Shown here in pieces: positions 56,294-64,000 of a DNA stretch of 64,000 bases. Below the pieces are notes generated by a model. The model did no database searches. It was not told the origin of the DNA and worked only from the letters and a program-made list of their open reading frames with translations. Every line of letters begins with the position of its first letter. Within the stretch, counting starts at the first letter, position 1. The DNA lies in assembly GCA_042584585.1 (NCBI GenBank), contig JBHOSQ010000004.1, forward strand, positions 38,433-102,432, written 5' to 3'. Both the position numbers and the translations under genes were made by a program. The DNA is from an archaeon (lineage in GTDB: Archaea > B1Sed10-29 > WALL01).

Positions 56294-57051
56294 TTCTGCG
56301 CACGCTCTATGGACAGCTCGCCGTGCTTCTTGAATGCTTTTTCAATCGGTTCCATGGCGTCGCGCAGGATTCTTTCCGCGTCGGGGTAGTCACCCGCGGT
56401 GACGGAAAGCAAGTACTCCGGCGCGCTGACGTAAGTGACTGTCACGCCGCCCTTCTGCAGGGCCGTGAGCGCTGAGCGGACTGACTTGACGCCGTCCGGC
56501 GCGTAGCTCACGAGTGTGAGCTTGCGCGTGATTGTGACTTCCGGGGCCGTGACGTTTTCTTCCGCGAGCTGGACCAAGTGGTCGACCCATTTCTTGGGGA
56601 GCTTCAGGGACTTAACGGCGTCGGCGCCGTTTGCGCTTATGGCCTCGAACCCGGAGTAAAGGTCTCCGAACTCCACCTTGAGCGGCTCGGCGATTTTTGT
56701 GTAGGACTCCACAGGGTCTTCCTTGAGCTCGTTGGCCGCGCGCTCGAACAGTTTGTCCGCTCGCTTGGCGCGCTTGTACTGGCTCATCCTGCGCTTTTCC
56801 TGGTTGTCACTGACCTTTCTAAGTGAGACGTCAATCATGTTTTTCTCGCGGTCCACGTTCGTCACGAGGCCGACACGGATTTGGCCTTCGCCGATGTGGC
56901 TGCGAATGTTCTTAATCCACCCCGAAGCGATTTGGGAGATGTGGATGAACCCTTCTTTCTTGTACTCCAGCAGGTCGACAAAGGCGCCGTATCCCTTCAA
57001 GCTTTTTACGCGGCACACGACGAGTTCTTGTGGCTCGGGGTATTCACTCAT
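56290..57051 (-). CDS. eif2a: Translation initiation factor 2 alpha subunit
   Basis: S1 domain YGAFVDLLEY..GFIHIS..GWIKNIR; APEY. Confidence 0.94.
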   Translation of the reverse strand: MSEYPEPQELVVCRVKSLKGYGAFVDLLEYKKEGFIHISQIASGWIKNIRSHIGEGQIRVGLVTNVDREKNMIDVSLRKVSDNQEKRRMSQYKRAKRADKLFERAANELKEDPVESYTKIAEPLKVEFGDLYSGFEAISANGADAVKSLKLPKKWVDHLVQLAEENVTAPEVTITRKLTLVSYAPDGVKSVRSALTALQKGGVTVTYVSAPEYLLSVTAGDYPDAERILRDAMEPIEKAFKKHGELSIERAQK

Positions 57052-57053
57052 TT

Positions 57054-57230
57054 TTACTGTACCTTCACGGCTTTTGCTTCTTTGGTCAGCTCCGCCTTGC
57101 CGCCCTTGGGCTCAGCGAGAATGGTCCTGCACTTGCCGCACTCGATTCGCTTGGTCGCGTGGCTGAAAATAAGCTGTTCGTTGTCGCACGACGCGCACTG
57201 GACCTTGATGAAATTTGACTTTGGCTCCAT
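57054..57230 (-). CDS. rps27e: 30S ribosomal protein S27e
   Basis: FIKVQCASCDNEQLIFSHA...CGKC...PKGGKA. Confidence 0.93.
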   Translation of the reverse strand: MEPKSNFIKVQCASCDNEQLIFSHATKRIECGKCRTILAEPKGGKAELTKEAKAVKVQ

Positions 57231-57235
57231 TGGAA

Positions 57236-57517
57236 TCACTTCGTTAGCTCCAGGACTTTCTTTGTCCTCGTGCCGATTGTTTTTGGCCGCTTCTTTTTGC
57301 ACACCGTGCACGTGAGCATCACTGTCGGGTTCTTGGCCTGCTTGTACACCGTGACCTTGCCGGCTATCTTGCTGGTGTAGCCCTTCCCCTTCTCGACGTG
57401 CCTCTTTTGCCCCACCGCGTCCTTTCGCGTTTTGCCTTTCTTGTAGAGCTTTACCTTGTGCTCCGTGTTCTTCTTGCAGTGAGGACAATACGTCTTCATC
57501 TTGTCTGGCATCTTCAT
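57236..57517 (-). CDS. rpl44e: 50S ribosomal protein L44e
   Basis: TYCPHCKKNTEH...LTCTVCKK. Confidence 0.92.
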   Translation of the reverse strand: MKMPDKMKTYCPHCKKNTEHKVKLYKKGKTRKDAVGQKRHVEKGKGYTSKIAGKVTVYKQAKNPTVMLTCTVCKKKRPKTIGTRTKKVLELTK

Positions 57518-57530
57518 TCTGAAACACCTC

Positions 57531-58088
57531 TTACATGACTTCTACCAAATCCTGCTTGGACAGAAGTCCGGCCTCGCCACGCGGAAGCTTCACAATATCG
57601 CCCGACTTGTATGGCCCATACTCTTTCGTGTCAGAGCCAACAAAAACCGGTATTTCCTTGCGTACCCTGGCGAGAACTAGATTGTTCCCGTTTTCCTTTA
57701 TAAGCGTATCCTCTTTTGCCGCCTTAAAGGAGTAATCCCCCAACATGACCTTGTCAAAGAACTTTTTGTTGCCGCGAATGGCCTCAACAAGGACCTTAAA
57801 CACGGCTTTTTCCTCAAGGGTCAAGTGCTCCTCGTTGTACTCCCGGGTGCGGACGGAACGGAGCGCCTTCATCACGAGCTTCTGCTCGCGCTTGTCAAAA
57901 ACGTCCCGCGCCAGTTTCATCGAGTTTTCCAGCTCGCGGAAGCCGTTGCCGCTGTCCTTGCACTCCTTCGTGCACTTTTTGACGTAGTCCGCGAGGTCGG
58001 TATAGAACTTTGCGTCTATCTCCGACATGCGAGTGGAATTCTTTTCCTTGCGCTGGATTTCCCTTAAGTATTCAAAAGTTATCCCCAT
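57531..58088 (-). CDS. gins: GINS subunit (Gins51 type)
   Basis: LREIQRKE, FY, REQKL, C-terminal FVGSDTKEYGPYKSGDIVKLP. Confidence 0.85.
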   Translation of the reverse strand: MGITFEYLREIQRKEKNSTRMSEIDAKFYTDLADYVKKCTKECKDSGNGFRELENSMKLARDVFDKREQKLVMKALRSVRTREYNEEHLTLEEKAVFKVLVEAIRGNKKFFDKVMLGDYSFKAAKEDTLIKENGNNLVLARVRKEIPVFVGSDTKEYGPYKSGDIVKLPRGEAGLLSKQDLVEVM

Positions 58089-59194
58089 ATGCTCACTAAG
58101 CCCTTTGCCGCACAATAAAACGCCGCGTACTCCGGCAGCGACAACTGTTTTTCTTCTTCTAGTTCAAAAACCTTGTCCTTCAGGACAACGTCGGTCGTGG
58201 CACGCGCGATGCAGCGCACTTCATCGTCTCCCAACACCACGGGGTCACTGTAATAATTGAACTTGTCCAGGTTCGGCACCTCGCACGCAACGAACCCAGT
58301 GCCGCCGTGAATGCTGTTCGGCAACCGCATCAGGCGCGACACGTCCATGGTCACTCCCTTGTCGACCTCGGCGTTCATTTCAATCGCCAAAAGGCCGAAC
58401 GCGCGGCGCCATGTCTTGGGGTCAAGGTTGACTTGGTCCCAGTCGCCGACCGCGATGCCGCCGAGCACCAACTCTTTTTTGGACAAGATTTTTTTGGCGG
58501 TCGCTGGGGACATGCCCAAGCGCCGTGCGACTGACTTTTCGTTGCCAGTGTTGATTTCGTCTGTGATTGCCCTGGAAATTCTTCCGGGCCAGCCCCAAGC
58601 GTCAGTGCGCGGGCCCACCAAGTGCTTGCCCTGGCGCCGGATGTGCAGCGCGGGCTTGAGCCCGCTCGCGGTGATGAAGTCAAGTATTTCCTTGCGTGCG
58701 TTTTGCGACAGGCTGTGCACGTCCTCGCGGCGGATGTGTATGTGGTAGCCGCGGTTGCCGGAAAAAATGATGTGCAGGTCGTCTTTGGCGAAGCCGAAAT
58801 CAGGCACAAGGAATTCTTCTATTAGCTTGATGCATTCCTCTTTCACGCGGTTCATGCACTTGTCGCACACCAAGTCCTTGGCGTGCTTGCAGTCCATTTC
58901 GTATTCGTCCGCGTCCAGGTCGAAGACCAAATCGGCGCCGAGCCAGTTTTTCTTTGCCATTGGCCGGCCTTCCGGGAATTCGTAGTAGCCGGCGGAGTAG
59001 GATATGTAGAGCGGGGTGTCGGCACGCAAGTACGCGTTGAGCTGCTGCTCCGCTGGGAACGAAAGGTGCCGCCAATCAATTTTTTTGTCGTTGCCCGCGC
59101 CGAACTCGCGCCGCTCGATGCTGGGCGGGGCCGGCACGGTATGCGAATCGTAGTATCTCCGCAAGGAGTCCCTGATGAACTCAATCTTTTCCAT
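58079..59194 (-). CDS. priS: DNA primase small subunit
   Basis: REFG, DLVFDLD, FSGNRGYH, RLMRLPNSIHG. Confidence 0.94.
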   Translation of the reverse strand: MEKIEFIRDSLRRYYDSHTVPAPPSIERREFGAGNDKKIDWRHLSFPAEQQLNAYLRADTPLYISYSAGYYEFPEGRPMAKKNWLGADLVFDLDADEYEMDCKHAKDLVCDKCMNRVKEECIKLIEEFLVPDFGFAKDDLHIIFSGNRGYHIHIRREDVHSLSQNARKEILDFITASGLKPALHIRRQGKHLVGPRTDAWGWPGRISRAITDEINTGNEKSVARRLGMSPATAKKILSKKELVLGGIAVGDWDQVNLDPKTWRRAFGLLAIEMNAEVDKGVTMDVSRLMRLPNSIHGGTGFVACEVPNLDKFNYYSDPVVLGDDEVRCIARATTDVVLKDKVFELEEEKQLSLPEYAAFYCAAKGLVSIWG

Positions 59195-60212
59195 GCTCTT
59201 TTCCCTGCTCTTTTCCCTGCTCTCTTCCCTGTGCCTCTTTTTTCTTGGAGTAGTACTTCAGTGGGTGGCGCACGCGCTGGCACAGCACGTCCTTGTTGCG
59301 GCAGAGGCCGTAGAAAACCATTTTTTCGCAGCTCGGCGGCGAGTACTTTGTTCCGCTCCCGCGCTTGCCTAATGAATACTCTATATAGTAACGCGTTTTC
59401 TTTTCGTTGAAGTTGGGGGTGTTGCGAAATATTTCTGTGACTTGCTCGACTGGCATTCCGATGTTGACGAGGAAAGTCGCGATGACGAACCTGGGCTGGT
59501 GGGCCATTGGCTGGCCGGACTCGGCTTCTTGGATGAGCACTTTGATGCAGGGCGGGAAAACGCCTGCCTCGACTTTGCCGAAGTTTTCTTGGGTGGTGAA
59601 CGCTTTGTCGCGGTTGACTTCTTTTGACACTTCGGCCGCGAAGGTGTCGAATGCTTCGGGCACGTCCATTGGCTGCATCAAGTCTTTCTCGATTTGCTCG
59701 CGGAGCTTTTCGGGCAAGAGGTTTGCGATGGACTCTTGGTCGACCTTTACTTCTCCGTTTTTGATTGGTGCGTTGACGAGCTTGTACGCTTCGTCGCGGG
59801 GGAGGTACTTGAGGTAGTCAGTGAAGGGAATGGCTGCGTCGTTGGTGTTGAACCCGAAGTCTTTGGCCAGCGCCTGGAGATTCGTTGGGGACTCGCGCAT
59901 TAGGAATCGGCTGAATGCCTTGGCTTCGGCGCGGGCGTACCTTCCAATCAAAAACTTGTCCTTGGTTTTGCCGACGATTATTTTGGCGAGGGGATAGGAA
60001 AGGATTTCGCCTATCATGATTCGCTCGCTGCTGGTGGTTGTCTCGACTGTGGTGCGGCCGGTCTCGATGCCTTCGATGGCGCGCTGTTTTGCCCGCTCCA
60101 GGAGCCGGGACTCGACGCTAGTGAAGTCGAAGTTTATCCACTTTGCCAGCCCCTTCGTGGCGCTGGAAAAGGGGTACTTTACCGAGAACTGAAGCTCTCC
60201 TCGCGTGAACAC
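59181..60212 (-). CDS. priL: DNA primase large subunit
   Basis: KYPF, FPPCI, H..RF, Y.PPSC, GLC, HPLKYY (Fe-S domain). Confidence 0.92.
   Translation of the reverse strand: MFTRGELQFSVKYPFSSATKGLAKWINFDFTSVESRLLERAKQRAIEGIETGRTTVETTTSSERIMIGEILSYPLAKIIVGKTKDKFLIGRYARAEAKAFSRFLMRESPTNLQALAKDFGFNTNDAAIPFTDYLKYLPRDEAYKLVNAPIKNGEVKVDQESIANLLPEKLREQIEKDLMQPMDVPEAFDTFAAEVSKEVNRDKAFTTQENFGKVEAGVFPPCIKVLIQEAESGQPMAHQPRFVIATFLVNIGMPVEQVTEIFRNTPNFNEKKTRYYIEYSLGKRGSGTKYSPPSCEKMVFYGLCRNKDVLCQRVRHPLKYYSKKKEAQGREQGKEQGKEHGKD
59185..59232. repeat. Four 12-bp tandem repeats (TCTTTTCCCTGC) at the priL/priS junction
   Basis: Directly visible; encodes QGREQGKEQGKEHGK. Confidence 0.85.
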
Positions 60213-60301
60213 CGGAGGCTATTATGCGTGGCTTTCATTAAAAAGGGCGTGCCTGGGGGTTGCCGAGGGCTTTTATTTAGGAAAAAACAAAGAATTAGTG
60301 A

Positions 60302-60991
60302 ATGGGAAAGCACATCGCGCAGAAGTATAGGCCTGAAGGATCGCCCATTGCATTGGGGCCCAAGGAGAGAAAAGTATTCAAGACACTGTTTGAGTTCAAT
60401 GGGATCCACGTAGCGGGCAAGGAAACGAGAAAAGCGGTGGGCGCTAAAACACGTATTGGGGAGATACTGCGGCAGCTCGAGAAAAAACAGGTCATAAAAA
60501 AAGGGATTACCTTGGGGTCTGCCCAGGAAGACTTGCTTAGGTCAGTTCAAGTAATCGGTGGAAAGCAGTTCATTAGCCAAGAGGTGAGGGACACCCACGG
60601 CAGAACCATCCAACGAATCGTGCGGGAGCTTGCGGAGAAAGGGATTGTGCTTGACGTGGACGAGATAAGGCTCTCCCCCGGCTTTGCTGAAGTTTATACT
60701 CTCGAAGGACAGAAGAAAGTCCGCCTCTGGAAGAAAGAAGTGGAATTGCTGGATGCGCTGGAGTACAAGAACGGGGTACACATCATCGGCTCGAAGGCCA
60801 GGCGAATCGGTGGGCGGAATACCTCTCGGCTAATGCGGCGGCTTCAGGCAAAAGGCATAATCCAAGACTATATCTCGGAAAGTAAACGCGGCCGCAAAAA
60901 GAAACCGTGGATGTCACGCAGCGAGGAAAAAGAAGCCGAGGTGCAAGGCGCATTGACAAAGCTACGCAAAAGGATAACCAAGAAAGGCTAG
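60302..60991 (+). CDS. Basic hypothetical protein with three tandem winged-helix-like repeats
   Basis: Repeats end in LRQLEKKQVI, VRELAEKGIV and MRRLQAKGII. Confidence 0.65.
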   Translation: MGKHIAQKYRPEGSPIALGPKERKVFKTLFEFNGIHVAGKETRKAVGAKTRIGEILRQLEKKQVIKKGITLGSAQEDLLRSVQVIGGKQFISQEVRDTHGRTIQRIVRELAEKGIVLDVDEIRLSPGFAEVYTLEGQKKVRLWKKEVELLDALEYKNGVHIIGSKARRIGGRNTSRLMRRLQAKGIIQDYISESKRGRKKKPWMSRSEEKEAEVQGALTKLRKRITKKG

Positions 60992-61555
60992 CTATTTTTT
61001 CTTCCTCTTGGCTTTGCGCTTCGCAGCTTTTTTCTTTGCCTTGGGCAGGTGCTCTGCCTTCCACACTCCCCAAATAAGCCCAAGGACCGTGCACAAAGTG
61101 ATTATCGAGGTAGTGGCGGTCACCGCATTCCCATTGGCCGTCGCAGTCAAGAAAAACGGAATTGCGTAAGTGCCTTTGCTGCCCGCAAGGATTGCCAATA
61201 GGAACATCGAGATGACGAAGCCGATTGAAAGGCCCCAAAACCCGTGCCACAAAATAGTGACTGCCTCACGCGCCTCATAGCTCTTGACCGTCCGGCGGTA
61301 ATACTTGCTTATGTCGCTCTCGAAATCGTCGGCCAACTGGATTGCGGCGAAGATTAAGCCCACAGTGATTGGCGCGAGCCACGACGCGTGCACCACTCCC
61401 TCCGCAGACTTCTCCAGGTCAAACGTGGCCTTCCAGCCCACCTGCAGGTCAAACCCAAGCGCAGGCGCGACGATTTGCAGGAGCAGCAGCACAGCCGCCA
61501 CAACAATGAAGCCCGTCATGAAGGCCTTTGTAATGTTCCACAATTTCTGTTTCAT
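60992..61555 (-). CDS. 4-TM membrane hypothetical protein
   Basis: Hydrophobic helices and a Lys-rich tail; overlaps the sppA stop. Confidence 0.7.
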   Translation of the reverse strand: MKQKLWNITKAFMTGFIVVAAVLLLLQIVAPALGFDLQVGWKATFDLEKSAEGVVHASWLAPITVGLIFAAIQLADDFESDISKYYRRTVKSYEAREAVTILWHGFWGLSIGFVISMFLLAILAGSKGTYAIPFFLTATANGNAVTATTSIITLCTVLGLIWGVWKAEHLPKAKKKAAKRKAKRKKK

Positions 61556-62442
61556 TTCAATGCCACCTTGGTGTCAGTAGACTGCAACAAGCCATCGCCG
61601 AACGCGCGGCCCATGCTGCCGAACAAGTCAGTGAACGAAAACTCGTCGTAAAAGAAAACTTTTTCATCCGGCTCGCCCTCGATGCCGCCGAGGGCAGCGG
61701 CGCGGCCCAGTGCGAAGTCGCGTGAGCCAGTGTAATCCAATAAGCCGTAGGTAAGTGCCTGCCGCCCGGACATCAAGCGCCCGTCCGCGATGGAATCGAA
61801 GTCAGTGGGATTCATCCCCGGCCGATTGGCCAAGAGGTCGGCGCGGAACTGCGCGTGCGCCTCCTCAACGATTGTGAGCAGCATCGCCTCTTCCTCGGGA
61901 GTGAACTCGTCGAACGGGCTGGCCATGGTCTTGTAGTCGCCCGAAGCCACGAGGGAAACGTTGACGCCAATCTTTTCCAGCAATCCCAAGTAGTTGTGCA
62001 CCTCGCTGATTGCGCCGATGCTCCCGGTCAAGGAGTCATCGTCCGCAATTACTTCGTCCGCCGCGCTCGCGACGTAATAAGCGCCGGACGCACCGACTTC
62101 GTTGATGTACGCGACCACCGGCTTTTCAGTGTTGCGCACGGCGCGCATCAGTTCCTTGGACGCGACGATGGAGCCGCCGCCAGAATTGATGTCAAGGAGG
62201 ATTGCCGCGACTTCGGGGTCGGCGTCCGCTTCTTCCAGGAAGGCAATGGTCTCGCGCACCCCAACAGAAGAAGACAGGTAACTGTCTTCGCCGTCAATCA
62301 ACAGTTCTCCGCGGACGTGCACCACGCCGACCTGTGGGTACAATGGAATGGGAAAGAAAAACACCACCAGCAACAGGAGCAATGCAACCGCCGCAATAGC
62401 CGGAACTAGGTATGGATGGCGTTGCTTCTTCCTCGCGCGCAT
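61552..62442 (-). CDS. sppA: Signal peptide peptidase SppA (S49)
   Basis: INSGGG, KPVVA, GASGAYYVASAAD, TGSIG, ADGR. Confidence 0.93.
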   Translation of the reverse strand: MRARKKQRHPYLVPAIAAVALLLLLVVFFFPIPLYPQVGVVHVRGELLIDGEDSYLSSSVGVRETIAFLEEADADPEVAAILLDINSGGGSIVASKELMRAVRNTEKPVVAYINEVGASGAYYVASAADEVIADDDSLTGSIGAISEVHNYLGLLEKIGVNVSLVASGDYKTMASPFDEFTPEEEAMLLTIVEEAHAQFRADLLANRPGMNPTDFDSIADGRLMSGRQALTYGLLDYTGSRDFALGRAAALGGIEGEPDEKVFFYDEFSFTDLFGSMGRAFGDGLLQSTDTKVALK

Positions 62443-62477
62443 GCTGGGAAGAAGGTGGTTCTAGAATAAAAGGGTTT

Positions 62478-64000
<1,523 letters not shown>

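Overview
Gene-dense, housekeeping-rich segment of an archaeal chromosome, roughly 55% GC by eye. A DPANN-type archaeon is likely (compact genes, Methanococcales/DPANN-type S-layer, separate PriS and PriL), but this is inference. The window holds a 4-subunit pyruvate/2-oxoacid:ferredoxin oxidoreductase, the HMG-CoA synthase/thiolase/DUF35 cluster, and an ADP-forming acetyl-CoA synthetase. It also holds the exosome/proteasome/RNase P superoperon, gatDE, aRF1, TruD, an S-layer gene, HisRS, class I FBPase with class II aldolase, EndoQ, the priL-priS-gins-L44e-S27e-aIF2a-nop10-PAC2 cluster, SppA and a partial PPDK. Three genes missing from the ORF track were read directly from the sequence: a radical SAM 5' fragment (1-390), rpoP and nop10. 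No rRNA, tRNA, CRISPR array or transposase was seen. The most unusual signal is a dispersed family of about six REP-like GC-clamped palindromes (GGGG..GCCAATTGGC..CCCC, usually followed by NAGT) with compensatory stem changes. Four are intergenic and two are read in-frame inside protein extensions (rpl37ae and PPAT). Other items: a GT-C-like protein apparently split into three genes in reverse order, a ThiI lacking its PP-loop, several orphan proteins with internal repeats, structured 5' leaders, and a 22-bp phased array upstream of the S-layer gene.
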